Positions 38,131 through 52,405 of a DNA stretch of 64,000 bases are shown here, piece by piece. Numbering within the stretch: the first letter of the stretch is position 1; each line of letters opens with the position of its first letter. Position numbers and translations under genes: made by a program. The notes under the pieces are model-generated. The model searched no databases, was not told where the DNA came from, and saw nothing but the letters and a program-made list of their open reading frames with translations. Origin of the DNA: Dipteris shenzhenensis (taxonomy: Eukaryota); NCBI GenBank assembly GCA_047967505.1, contig CM106538.1; one strand, written 5' to 3'.

Positions 38131-41084
38131 AAATATCCACGTTAGTCCATTGTAATGGTGGACACACAAATTTGCCATAAACTAGATAATAAGTCCAACT
38201 TAGGAAATATTAGGCCATATCATCTATTTGTGGAGATTAAGCTTAATGCCCTTGATTAGCTTATTGTTTCTACCCTTTATGCTGAGGTCATCCACTAGAG
38301 TGCAATGATTAAGAGAGAACGTGGATTTCTCTTCACATAAACTCCATACAATTTTGCATCTATGACATTGTCAACCATTTGCTTGCCTATGGGATGTTCC
38401 CCATTGCACTAACTACTCTAACTCATGCTAGGTAGCATACTTGCATCAAATATTCCACATTCCACTAACTACTCTAACTCATGCTAGGTAGCATATTAGC
38501 ATCAAATATTCCACATTCTATGGATGTCCACAAGTTTGCATGTATGGACATTGTCAACCACTTGTTTGTCCACTCTTCAATTTGATTGTTCGTAACCATG
38601 ATGGCAAGTATTTTGTTTTATGCTCTCATCAAGCACCACATCACAAGAAGTAAACATTTTGTGACAATGAAAGATTGTATACATTGTAAGATTTATGTTT
38701 CTTTATATACCTGACCGCCAAGATGCATGTCTCACACTTGGAAGTGAAGTTACCTCTCTTGTCATTTAACACATGAGCATCTTGGTAGTTTTTAAAGACC
38801 TTGAGATGCATCTCTGATAGCATGCTAAATTGAATGCACAAATTATAGATTCCACACATAGTGTGAAGAGATAGGAAAGAGACTAGCCTATGAGCTATAT
38901 GAATGTACACTCCGCTCTACTAACACAAAGAGAATATGTGCTATGCACTAATGTGGTCTTCCCTAATTCCATAAGGATTAATTTACCTCCCTTTTCATTT
39001 GACACATGAGAATCTTGGTAGTTATTTTGAAGACCGTGAATGGATGCTATGATACCATGTTAAGCTGCATGCTCATAGATTCTACACACATTGTGAAGAG
39101 ATAGGGCCTGCCAGCTATGCAAATGTACACTCTTTTCTCTAACAACAAAAGACAATATGTGATATGCATAATGTGGTATTCCCTTTTTCCATAAGGATTA
39201 TTCACAAATAAACTTAGGTTTTTTCTAGCGTTCTCTAACTTCAATAACCATCTACCCCACATATACATCATATAGACATATGTCCCACCGTATGTATGAC
39301 CATTCCAATGACCCATACTTCAATACACTCATTGATGGAAATATGTACTTGGTGCTTGTTACTTGAAGGAAAATTAAAATGAGAAATTTCAATCATCTAG
39401 CTAGTGTTGAGAAGATGAGAAGGATTTGACAAACTAGCTAGCTTGTTGAATACTTGCTAGATTGGATAGTTGGATCGAGGGAGTTGGATCCAAGGATTAG
39501 GAAAAGAAAACAAAACATGAGAATATGTGTAGATTGGATAGTTGGATATAGGGAGATGGATCCAAGGAGTAGGCAAAGAAAACAAAACGTGAGAATATGT
39601 GTAGGAAGTAAGAACTAGCGAGTTGGATCCAAGGAGTAAGCAAAGAAAACAAACATTACACATAAAAAAGCTTAGTGCATAAAGGGGACATGCATAATTT
39701 TTAGTGATGGAGACACTAACCTCTTTTGTATATGGTGATTGCAATTACCTACATGTATGTACATAGGAGGAGTTTTTTGTGTACTAAGCAAGAATGTTGA
39801 ATATTCCATATAAAAAAATATTTTTATATAAAAAATGAGCATATACTTAACAAGTGTCTATCATTGTAATTTTAATATATGTTGTAGGCTAATTATATTT
39901 TTCTTTAATTTTAGAACATTATATTTCTTCTATATGTAGTCCAAATAAAAGTGATGGTGAGAAGTACATTGGCTTATTTTTCTTCCAAAAATTTTCATGA
40001 GAATTTGAAATGAAGGTTTCTCCATTTTGTAAGTGAAAAATATAATAATATTAATCTAAATCGTCAAACACATAGACAATTATAATATGCTACGTAATTC
40101 TAAATGTTCTAATTAGAAGTACATGCACAATGTTAAGTTGATAAATCACAATTGTGTCACGTTTTCTAAGGTAAAAGTATATCTCAAGGGAATTTTTTGC
40201 CAATACAGGGTAAATAATTCCTTGAGCCATGAAATACAGAATGTGTGATGTCAAATGTAATGTTTTGGTGTAAAAATCAACTATCTCATGCTCCCAATAA
40301 TAAAATTATAACTCAAAATAAATGCTCTCTAACATAAGATAAATATTGTATACCATTAAATTTATGAAATTTATTATATTAATTACGAATGAGATGTTGA
40401 TTTCCTATAGTGCACATCTTTTCAGTTAGGTATGCAAAGCTATTATGTTGTCATGTCAACTACATTTATATTTTGGTACCTTGAACATCTATGTACATTT
40501 GTAAATACGTCCAAAATAAATTGCTAGGTTGAGTGACTTGTTGACCATATTAAAGTCTTTCATCTAATATGAGCATAATCTTCTTCCCCCCCATTGTGTT
40601 GTTCCCTTACATTCTCGTATTCAGCACATACACATTATACATTTTGTAGTATTATGTTGTGATTCTAATGCATTATCACTCCATGAACTTTTTGATGCCC
40701 TTCATCCAAATACATTTGAAAATAAATCCAAATAGACCTGTACGGTTCTTGCTATATTATCAATCCAAAAGGAAGCCATCTAGACTAACATAAGGTGCTT
40801 CACTCCCATTTTCCCTCTACATCTTTGTATTCTACTTATATACATTCTACTTTTGTAGTGCAAGAATGGTAGAATGTCCAACAATGGTAAAATACCTTTG
40901 CTAAACACACATAGTTTTCATAAAAAGATGATGGTTGAAGAAAGTATGTATGACTCGAAGAAACAAATATTGAAAATGTTGAATAAGAACCAAAAACATG
41001 CTTTAGATGATGTAATAGTAACAATAAATGTTACCACATGCAATTCATACACACCTTTTGTTGGTGTACGCAAGGGACTCATCA

Positions 41085-41440
41085 AATGAACATTGAACCC
41101 ATACATGAACTTATCAAATGATTCCACATTTTTGTGGGTTTGCATACAAGCCACTAACATGAATTTATCAAATGATGCCGCCCTTTGCATTGCACAGGAA
41201 CCACTCACATGAATCCATCACATGATACGACTCTTTGGTTTGCACACAAACCACTATCCTGAACTAATCAAATAATCCCACCTTTTGCGTTGCACAAAAA
41301 CCACTAACATGAACTTATCAAATGATCTGACTCTTGGGTTTGCACACAAGCCACTATACATGAACTTATTAAATGATCCCACCCTTTGCATTGCACACAA
41401 GGCACACACATGAACTCATCAATTGATTTGACTCTTTGCA
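41085..41440. repeat. Tandem array, ~53-58 bp unit
   Basis: CATGAACTTATCAAATGAT...TTGCACACAAGCCACTA repeated about 6-7 times. Confidence 0.85.
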
Positions 41441-41715
41441 TATATATCTTTTGCATCTCTCATCAGTAAAGCTTAAACTATAATTTGTGAGTTAAATACA
41501 AAAACATGCCTTGTATCTACTATCAACCATGTCATGACTCATTGATGAATAATTAATAAAGAAGACTCGAATTGTTTAATAGGTTCGAGAGACACTATAT
41601 GATACCATATATGTATTATATATATCTTTTGTGTATCTCATATATATATATATGGTTGTTTCTATATATGATTCTACATTTGCTCTTCGTTGTAACTCTA
41701 AAGCTAGGACATATA

Positions 41716-44700
41716 TGTTAGATATCAATGCTCCACTCTCATGCAACTGCGCGGGAACTAGCTAACTCTACTTGTAAGCCCCCCATATGAGGAGACACTA
41801 CTATCCTCTCTGGAAGTTCAAGATGAAGACCATCCTAAGCACATATGAGCTTTGGGACACTACTACTGGGGTGGACGTGAGACCGGATCTAGCCAATGCA
41901 GGACAACTGATAGTACCAACTGTGGATGAGATTCTCACGTGGACAAGAAGAAATGCAGATGCGCTGTGTTCTATTGTCTGCAGTGTAAGTGATTCCATCA
42001 TGGCATTAATTCAACATGTCACCACAGCGGAGGAGGCATGGACAGTCTTGAAAAATCAGTACGAGACCATGAATCAAACACGGATTTAGAATCTGGAGAC
42101 TCAATTCAGGAACGAGAAACTGTCTGAGTCTGAAGCGGCAGAGTTCAACACCATGGTGAAGAATCTGCGCGATCAGATGACTGCGATTGGCATCACCATC
42201 ACCAGTGAGAATCTAGTATGAAGGTGCATACGGATTCTCCCACCAAAGTACGACGGTCTTGTTACGACGCTGAATACGCAGAATAGAAATCCGCCCCTCA
42301 ACTTTGAGGATTTCAGCGTGATGCTTTTGGAGGAGGAGATGCGTTAAAAGACAAGGACTTTGGCTTTCTGGACCAGATCAAAAAAAGGTAATGGTAAGGA
42401 CTCTGGTAACCCATCTTCTTCTGATGATAAAAAGAGAAAGAAGAAGATCAAGTGCTTCTATTGCAACAAGGCAGGGCACAAGCAGAATGAGTGCCGAAAG
42501 AAGATTGCAGATGAGAAGAACGGAGTAAAGAAAGAGTCCAGCAACAGCGCACAGGCAGTACCAGTAGAGCTATTCGTAGCAATTGAGGAGATTTGCACGG
42601 AGGCAGTTCATGTACCTGCAGATGAACCTTGGATTATTGACAGTGGTGCATCGCGCCACATGACCAGTCGGAAGGATTGGTATACCTCTCTACAACCGGT
42701 AGGGAATGACATCCTGGTAGCAGTCAGCAATGATGCAAAATGTCCAGCAAAAGGAAAAGGTACGATTGCTCTCAAGTCAGATGGAGTTGTAAAACAGTTG
42801 TTCGATGTTCTTTATGTACCAGATATCAAGAGGAACTTGTTGTCCATTTCTGCGATCATGGATCAGGACCTCAAAGTTCAATTCGATAAGAATGGTGCAC
42901 AGATCCTGGATCTTCAAGGGAAGGTCATTGGTAAAGGTACACGGCGCAACAACATTTACGAACTCTCAGCTTTCAGTGCTCGAGCAGATTGCTCGAGCAG
43001 ATATGAAGAACACTAAGCTGTGGCATGAGAGGTTTGGTCATCTAAACCTTAGTTCTTTGAAGGAAATGCATAAAGCTGGAATGATTGCAGACCTACCAGA
43101 AATTTCAGATCTGCCCGATGTATGTGAAGCTTGCATGATGGGCAAGTAGCATCGGCATCCCTTTCCTAAAGAGGCCAGCAGGGCAAAGGCTCCTCTAGAG
43201 CTCGTTCACACGGACCTCTGCGAAAAGATGGAGACGGAAGCTTTGGGTGGCTCCTACTACTTCATGACGCTGATCGACGACTCTAGTACAAGGATATGGA
43301 TATACTTCCTGAAGACTAAAGACGAGGCATTTAGTAGGTTCAAGGAATGGCATGTAATGGTCGAGAAAGAAACAGGGAGGAAGGTGAAGAAGTTGAGATC
43401 ACATCAACTGAATTCAAAAGTTACTACAAAAGTCACGGGATCAAGAGGCAGAAACCCCCGCCGCATACATCACAGCAAAATGGAGTAGCAGAACGCAAGG
43501 TGTGCGTCATCTGTGAAATGGGCTGGAGTATGATGAAAGGGAAAGATTTGCCAAAGACTTTCTGGGCTGAAGCATGTAACACTACAGTTTACATCCTGAA
43601 TCGTAGCTACACGAAGGCTGTGAACGGGATGACTCCACTACAAGCCTTTTCTGGTAAGAAATCTTCAGCTGCACATTTCAGAGTTTTTGGATGTGACTAT
43701 TTTGTGCATGTCCCTGATGCTACCAGGACCAAATGGGAACCGAAGAGCCGGAAATGTATTTTCTTGGGCTATAGTGAAGAGGCGAAAGGTTACTGTCTCT
43801 ATAACCCTGTTACCAAGAAGGTAATTATAAGTCGCGATGTGGTCTTCTCAGAACAGCCGCATCAATTGGAGGAGGATGCTTCCTTCCCAGACAACCAGGA
43901 CCAGGATATCCATCCAGTACCACCACCAATAGCAGACCGAACTCCCCCAACGGTGCTTGGGAGGATTCAAGACAAAGAAGATGAAGAAGAGCTTGCAGAA
44001 CTACAATGGCAATGGCCATTCCCGAAGTGGGTAAAGCAGCTTTTGGACAGTAGAGAACCTCCAGCCATTGAGGAGGAACCATCCGAACACCGCCGATCCA
44101 AGAGATTAGAGGAGCAAAGAAGGGCACAGGAACACTTGGTCAATTACACTTTGATGACAGAGGTGATCCGTGCTGATGAACCCAAGTGTCTTGAAGAGGC
44201 ACAGGGTGATGATAGGTGGATGGAGGCTATGCAGTCAGAGTATGGCTCCATAATGAAGAACAACACTTGGGACCTTGTGGAACGACCACCAAAATGCAAG
44301 GTAATCGGAACCAAGTGGGTGTACAAGACCAAGTACAAGTCTGACGACACGTTGGATAAGTACAAGGCTCGACTCGTGGCAAAAGGATTTGCACAGGTAC
44401 ATGGTTTTGATTATCAAGATACTTTTTCTCCCATAGCTCGACTAACCACAATTCGCAAAGTTTTGGCTTTAGCTGCCCAGGGAAGTTGGCCCGTGTTTCA
44501 GATGGATGTGAAATCCGCCTTTTTGAATGGAGATCTCAAGGAGGAGGTATACATGGAACAACCACTAGGTTTTGAGATCCCTGGTTCAGAAGGTAAAGTC
44601 TGCAAACTGAAGAAGGAACTTTATGGGCTGAAATAGGCCCCACGAGCATGGTACCAATGAATTGATGCCTAATTTCTGCAAAACGGGGGTCCAGGAGGAG

Positions 44701-46250
44701 CCCATCTGATGCAAACTTGTATATCTTTAGAGAAGGAGGCAGGTGTATGATTGTGGTCCTTTATGTGGACGACCTTGTCATAACAGGGAACCATGAAGAG
44801 AAGATCTCGTAGACGAAGCATTTGCTAGGAAGAGAGTTTAAAATGACAGACCTCGGACTGATGCATTTGTGTTTGGGGATTGAAGTTTGGTAGGAGCCGA
44901 AACAGATCATCTCACAGCTAAAGTATGCTAGAGAGATACTGAAAGCATTTGGCATGGCTGAGTGCAAGACAATTGGTCACCACTCGTGTACGAAGCGAAG
45001 TACAGAAGACTTGTGGGCAGCTTGATTTACCTGTGCAACACACGGCCAGACATCAGTTTTGCGACTGGTGTACTAAGCAAGTTTTCCAATAAGCCCCGGG
45101 AGAACCATTGGAGGGCAGGGATGCGGGTGCTGAAATACATCAAAGGCACACTTGATTATGGCATCACCTATACCAAGGGCAACATCTTGACCGGATTCTG
45201 TGACTCGGATTGGGCAGGAGACGTGGACAGCAGGAGATCACTGACAGGTTACTGTTTCTCACTTGGATTTGGAGCTGTGTCATGGGTCAGCAAGAAGCAA
45301 CCCATAGTTGCTCTTTCTTCAACCGAGGCCGAGTACAAATCTGCATGCTTTGCTTCTTGCGAGGCAGTGTGGTTGAGGAGGATTTTGGGGGACATGGGTG
45401 CAGTGTAGAACAAGCCTATGCAGTTATCATGTGACAATCAGAGTTGGATGGCGATTGCAAAGAACCCGGTGTTCCACGCTCAGACAAAACACATTGAGAT
45501 TCAATATCACTTTGTACGCGAGCTCATCATGGATGGAGAGGTCGACTTGGTGTATTGTCTGACTATAGAGAATGCTACGGACATCTTCACGAAGGCTCTT
45601 GGAAGAGACTTGCTGGAGAGGCATCTTCATCGACTTGGCATTGGGCCGAAAAAGTAAGTTCACTTGTGGGTGGACATTGAGGGGGGGTGTTAGATATCAA
45701 TGCTCCACTCTCATGTAACTACGTGGGAACCAGCTAACTCTACTTGTAAGCCCCCCATATGAGGAGAAGGCATTTGAGTAGCTCGGTTATCTGGTAGGGC
45801 CTAGTTTATACCAGATGGGGGCCATGTGTGGCCTGATGGCTGGACAGCTTTAGATAGAGTTGGCACATCGCCAACTAGGCTACATGCAAGTGTGGGAAGG
45901 CATCCCATGACTGACCGCACTGAGGGTAGATGGAGCATTTCTCGGGGCAGCCCACTCTCGGGTTGTGGGGCCCGTTTGGAGCCTCAGATGAGATCCCGGA
46001 TGGGGCTCTAGGCCGAACGGTAACCATAGGTCTGTTGCTTTGTTTTGCACACCGGTTCTATCGTATGGTCGGTGGCCTATTTCGACCCCTAGTCGATCGT
46101 TTTGGGCGAACTGGGTCGGTCACCCAATTGAGCCTAACCGACTACGACTAGTGGCTATATAAGAGCAAGCCCGTGAAGCCTATATCATCACTGGCTACAG
46201 CAACCCTGATTCCTTAGCATCCAACCTCCGTCTTCTACTGTTTCCAGCTT
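41716..46250 (+). mobile_element. Ty1/copia LTR retrotransposon with mostly deleted 5' LTR/PBS and truncated 3' LTR
   Basis: 80-bp LTR start 41716-41795 matches the LTR starting at 45688 after PPT TTGAGGGGGGG; complete gag-PR-IN-RT-RH order. The right end is approximate. Confidence 0.92.
41787..45657 (+). pseudogene. copia gag-pol polyprotein
   Basis: CFYCNKAGHKQNEC, WIIDSGASRHM, WHERFGH..CEAC, QQNGVAERK, KYKARLVAKGF, QMDVKSAFLNG, LYVDDL, DSDWAG, SSTEAEY, TKHIEIQYHF; several stops and frameshifts. Confidence 0.95.
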
Positions 46251-46289
46251 GCCATTTTTAAAATGTATAATTTAAAGCTCATGTTTAAA

Positions 46290-46364
46290 ATCTCTATGCT
46301 TCTATTTAATGAATATATGTCCTTCTATATGCCTATGTGAATGCCTATGTTTCTATATGCATTA

Positions 46365-46414
<50 letters not shown>

Positions 46415-46990
46415 CAATAATTCTATGTGCATTATGCTCTCTCTCTCTCTCTCTCTTCCTATATTTGTATAAATGTGAATTCTTTATGCCTATGTTTCTA
46501 TATGCCTATGTTTCTTTAGTCTATGTTTATACAAAAATTATGCTTCTATGACATTGATGAATGCCTATGTTTCAATATGCCTATGCTTCTTTAGTATATG
46601 TTTCTACAAAAATTATTCATATGTTTATATATGCCTATGCTTTTATGGGAATTATGCTTCGATGCCATTGATGAATGCTTGTGTTTATGCTTGCGTATGT
46701 TTCTATATGCTTCTATATCTTTTTGCTTCTATATTGCTATTTATGCTTTATGTTCCATATCTACATGCTTCTATAAGGTAACGGTGTTTCTATGCTTCTA
46801 TAAGGTAATTATGCTATGCTTCTATGGAAATTATGCCTATGCTGCTTTAGTCTATGTTTCTACGGAAATTATGCCGATGTTTCTATATGCCTATGCTTCT
46901 TTAGTCTATGCTTCTATGGAAATTATGCTTCTGTACCTTTGATGAATGCCTATGTTTATGCTTGCATATGTTTATGCTTTCATGTATTTT
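46290..46990. repeat. AT-rich degenerate repeat (TATGC(C/T)TATG(C/T)TTCT) with (CT)n microsatellites
   Basis: Directly visible. Confidence 0.85.
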
Positions 46991-49900
46991 GGACTCTAAA
47001 TTCTTGCTATGTACGATGGATTGTGTGCACATAGATGGATGGTGTACCTAGACTAGGCTACAGGCAGTGCACATGCAACTACAGGTGCAGACACACACCT
47101 TGTGGAATGCAATTTATGAGTAGGGCCACATATTTTTAGCATTTTTGGCATGATGTGCATGGAGATGTTCATTCAGCTATTAGGAGACAAGTGGAAGAAG
47201 CAAGAGTATCACTAGCAGCACATATGCAAGAGTCACAACCTGCTCACAATCTTGATAGAGAGAGAGAGGAAAGCAGTCATATGCAGGAGCCAAGTCATAC
47301 TTCCAAACTTGATATAGAGGAAAGAAGACATATGCGAGAGTCAAGTTCTACTTCTAATTCTGAGAGATGAGCAAGGAGGGTATGGTGCAATTGCACTATC
47401 TATTGTGGTGGAGGACGTGAAGTAGCACCTTCCACTCTCACGAAGCACAAACAAATACAAGAAAGATATACAAGGATACTCTCAAATATTGGGTTCTCAA
47501 CATTGGGTGACGATCCTGAAGGATGCCATGGGTTTGATGATGAAGGAGAGGCCGATTTTCCTTATGATGAGGATAATTTCTTTGGGGACACTAGGGTTAG
47601 GGATGATGAGGATCCACATGAGAGTACTGGTGGTGACGACCTACAAGAAAACATTCAGACCTCTTTAGAGGATAAAATAATAGAAAGATGCATTGACATG
47701 CAAGGTTTGTGGGATAGGCATCAAGCATCAATACAATTTCAAGATGACATGCTTCATCTATTATTTGGAGATATGGGAGGCAAAAGGGTCAAAAAGAGAA
47801 ACAATACAAACAAGAAGCAAAGTCTTAGTTCATTGTTAGTTCAACTTCCACCGACATGGGATGGTGATCTAGATGGAGTGAGAGTTCCAACTTGTTGGAA
47901 TCAGCTAAATAACTTGTATACTGGATTGGGAATGGTCCAATCACAACGCTTCAAAATGTGCATGGGAACTAAAGATTATGCACATGGGCCTGAGGTTTTT
48001 TAGCCTAGCAATGAAGATAGATATATAGGAATGGTTATGTATTGCCTTTGTGATAGAGATGCTAGAAAGAACAAGAAGTTGAAACGCGATTGCATACAGT
48101 GCTGTGAGAAGTGTCAAAAGTGCAATCGTATGAGAAAGGACATGATTGTATTTGATTATGTCCCTTTGAAACAACAACTATCACTACTAACAAAGAGCCG
48201 GTTCTTGTGCCACGATCTTCTTACAATGTGGTGCAATTGAGAACGATGGTTGGGGAAGGCACGGAATGAACAACCAGAACATATTTTTGATTTTTGGGAT
48301 GGTATGAAATGTAGGGATAATCAACAATTCTGGAATCCTTTCTCAACATACGAATTGCCTGTTATTTGTGAGAAATCTTATTGTAATAAGGCATACACGA
48401 CTTTCCCGTCCTCCAACATGTCACAAGTACTACGAGATGGCTGGAATAAGGAGGCACAAGTGTATGACTTCACATGTGAGCGACGCCGCTCTCACATTCG
48501 ATGTTAGAAGAAGATGCAATATGTAAATAGCTATTTATTTGTATCTATGTTAGATGTTTTTTTTGTTTGTTGATTGCATGCTAGCTCCTCTCTTTTTATT
48601 TTGTGGTAGGGCGATCCTCATAACTTTGCCCTGTGTGCTCACTTTGATGGTTTTCAAGCTTCTCGTACAACTCAAAAGGATTGCAGTGTGGTAGAGGTTC
48701 TCATTTTGAATGCTGGAAAGAGATCGGACATTGAGGCTCTACCTGTGATTTTTATACCTTTCAGTAGTAAAAAGCTAATTCGAAGTTCCGATGATATTTT
48801 GGGTGCTTTTTTAAGCCCCTCAATTTCTGAGCTAGAAATTCTATTCATTGAAGGGATAGAGCTTTATTACAACTATCCAATCAAGTCCATTATGAACCAT
48901 GCACCTGCCATGTCAGGAAAGTGTAAGCTTCGTGCCCTACTTATGATGGTCACAGGGGATCACCCTACTCAATGCAAAGTTGGGCTTCTGAAAGATGGTG
49001 GTCAGTCATTCTGCCGTAGGGACAAAGGACAAGCTACCCTAGATACTTCGAACACAAAGTTCGTAGGGTGATATATCTATGACGGAAATAGGTATCAAGC
49101 ACGATAGCCTCCTGAAAAAAGATCAACCTCTGAAATGGTTGACGCATTGTCCTTATCAAAGAGAGTGTACACACAACAAGAGAAAAAGGCTGTTTTATGA
49201 AATGCAAGTTTGTTAAGAGAGTCAATTCTTTGGAGGTTACACGACTTGTATGCTTTGATATATCCTTGGATCTTGTTTATGATGCCATGCATATACTTTC
49301 ATTGAACTTGTTCAAAAAGTACATCTCATCTCTTATCAAGGGATCATCAAATGATCTAAAAAAAGCAATCAATGGAGTTGTTGAAGAGGTTTACAAGGTC
49401 TCTCCCACAACAAGACAAAGCACCCATAGACGTGCGCACAGACGCGTTTCATGAACTAAATAAAAAACTTACGGGCGCGTCTATTTGCGCGTCTGGAGAC
49501 CCGCGTCTAATTGCACGTCTATATATCAAACTTACGCACGTATAGACACGCAGAAAGACGCATAAATAGATGCACTTATAAACGCTTTTATAGACGCACG
49601 TATAGACGCAAGTCGAACAGACAGACGCGAATATAAACGCGTTTTTAAATGCACTGATAGACGCGCTTTTTAAAAAAATTTTTTTTACAGAATACTGTGT
49701 ATGTTGTGTATGCTATATAGTTACAAGAATCCCATATCCACATTCTGTAATTCAATTCTTACAGCCAACCGCATTTTAATTACAATTCCAAATAAAATAT
49801 TACAACTCCAAAACGCAATAAAATTGAAAGCTCAAAAAGTGCTTGTATATACATATAGCACGAAGCTAAGCCACGTCATGTGGCTTCAAGTACAAAAAAT

Positions 49901-50023
49901 AAGGAAGCTAAGCCATGTCATGTGGCTTCAAGTACAAAAAATAAGAGGAGTCTATATACAAGAGGCACGAAGCCAAGCCAGTGGCTTTAAGTACAAAAAA
50001 GAATAGTAGCACTACTTCTACGA

Positions 50024-51400
50024 CTAATCCTCGCTCCCTTCTGTGCTCCCTTCTACGCCTCCTTCCTCGTCTTCCTCGTCGTCTTGTGCATGGTCCTGTA
50101 AACAAGGGACAATATATATCAATGTATGAAAAATCAAATCTTTACTTATAATTTTGGCATTATTTAATCCATGTATCTCCTCTGCGATGGTGGCGGTGGT
50201 AGGCTGTCTCCACTGGAGTAGGGTATCTGCCCATGATCTCAAGCTGCATGACCGCGATACACTTTGTGGAGGGATTAGTACAAAGAAACAACCAACCTCC
50301 TAATAAACTACATAAGCAATATAATTTGAGATCGATACTTACAAATTGGGCCTCCCATGATTCAACACCCCCTGCTCCAAAATGCGCGCTTCCATATTCC
50401 TCCATCTGGATCCTCCGTGCCTCCACGTGTTGCAGACTGGGGTCCTCCCTCGCTGACTTCATTGCCTTCTTCCACTCACGCTTGTGAGCGGTGTGGGGCG
50501 GGCCCCTTGGAGGTTGACCTGCCTCAATCCTGGCAAGCTCCGCTAGTGCCTGCCTCTTAAGCGAAGATCTTTTATTGCTAAGTATCGTAACAATCTTTGA
50601 CTTCCCCCATTTATCTGTGAACTGGCGATTGGGGGGGTTAGGATACCTAGAGCGAACAGTAGCGAGGGTCTCATCAGCCAACCTCTTTGGGTGGTCTTTA
50701 TAGTGGATAAAGCAATCTCTGTAATTGTTAGCAATTACAGAGCGCATGAAGGCCATGATGTCCTTCCCCCACGCATCCATAAAGATGCCTCCTGTCTGAG
50801 TGCTCCTGTCTGAGTGATGTCATAATAAATCGTACCATCACCCAGAGGCATGTCTAAATCATCTGAATCATCCTCCTCCTCACCGCCACATGGCCCAAAG
50901 CACTGTGCCATGCATCCGCCACCGCTCTCCCTGCTACTACGCCTGCTACCTTGTCGTGTCGAGCTCATACGCTGGCCACTCGTAGCTTGGGACTGCACGA
51001 GACTACGCTGACCAATCGTAGCTGGAGAACCGAGTCTCGACGGCTGGGGAGTACGTCGACGGCTCGCCGAGACAGAAGGACCTCCTGACGGCATGGGGGA
51101 AGGGGCATAAGATGGGATGGCAGAAGGGACATAAGACGGCATGGGGGAAGGGGCATAAGACGGTACGGGGGAAGGGGCATAAGAAGGGGCATAAGACGGC
51201 TGTGTTGACTCCGCTGGGGTGATCTCAGGCGGTGTGGGGTGGCTCGGAGTCTGTAGTGCCGACTCCTGGGGAGTGTTAAGGGTACCCGTCATATACCTGT
51301 ATAACTCCGCAGGACTAGGAGGGTGCCCTAAAAGATTATATAAGTCCTTCCAAATAGATTCCCGCGGATCAGGTGAGCTAGAAGCACTTCCTGGCCACAT
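50024..51400 (-). pseudogene. Second (accessory, TnpA-like?) gene of the CACAA element
   Basis: ATG 51400 MWPGSASSS..., YAPSPMPS repeats, helical domain 50342-50780, intron at ~50247-50342, acidic tail. A 14-bp duplication at 50789-50816 causes a frameshift. Product not identified. Confidence 0.6.
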
Positions 51401-52405
51401 GTTGAACTGGAAAAAAGGAAACAAATCTATTACTTTGGGAGTTGAGAAGAAAGGGGAAGAAAAAAGAGGCTCTGTCAGAGCGCATCTATAGACCCATCTG
51501 ATTTGCACGTCTATAGACGCGTCTAACAGAGTGTTTAACAGTGTGTTTAACAGTCCCTCTAGCAGTGCGTTTAATAGTGCATCTAACAGTGCGTTTAAAA
51601 GCACGTCTAACAGTGCGTTTAAAAGTGCATTTAATAGGGCGTCTATGTGAGCGTCTACGGACGCATCTATGTGTGTCTGCAACAAGCCAGACGTGCGGAT
51701 AGACGCACCTGTAGATGCGCTTTTAGACGCGCCCTGAGACGTGCCTATAGACGTGCTCCGATAGGCGAGAATACTAAAAAGTCAAAAAGGACGTTGCGCC
51801 CGACAAAAGAACGTGACGCTCATACCTAGATCCTGCGTTTCCTGGATGCGAGAAAGTACAAAACTGGAAAGAGCAAGCAAGAACAACTTCAAAAGGACTT
51901 ACTTGGATAAAGGTATGGAAGGTTCTTTCTTTTCCAAACTTGTTTCTTCTCCTTGTTTGTACTCCTCTCCTTTAGGCTTGAAAGTAAGTGTAGGTACGGT
52001 CCCTTTCTCTTGAGTGAAAGCTTGGAACTGTGTATGGGAGGCTCTCTCTTAAGCTTCGAATCTATGGAACTGCTAATAAAGAAGGAAGGAAGCCGCTCGC
52101 GAAGTTTAAGTAATGAAAAGAAAAGCAAAGCGAGCGGCGCGCCGAAAAGCAAGTTTAAAAGCCGCGTCTATAGTCGCGTCTATTAGTGCGTCTATAGGCG
52201 CATCTAAATACACAGAGTAGATGCGTGTATAGTCGCGTCTATTAGCGCGTCTATAGGCACGTTTAAATACACAGAGTAGACGCGCATTTAGACGCACCGT
52301 TAGACGCGATGTTAGACGCGACTATAGACGCGGCGATAGACGCAACACAGAGTTTAAATTAAGCATTTGAAGAAGAGCAAATTTGATGGGTTGTTTGTTT
52401 GTAGG

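Noticed and set aside
39780-41080. AT-rich region that might be a decayed Helitron or other ORF
   Set aside because: No recognisable motif in the frames I read.
41085-41440. Regularly spaced repeats like CRISPR
   Set aside because: Whole units are homologous; this is an ordinary diverged minisatellite.
51401-51685. Leu-rich N-terminus (LLNALLDALL) of ORF 50735-51685
   Set aside because: Produced by 12-bp DNA repeats; a splice acceptor and ATG near 51400 mark the more likely start.
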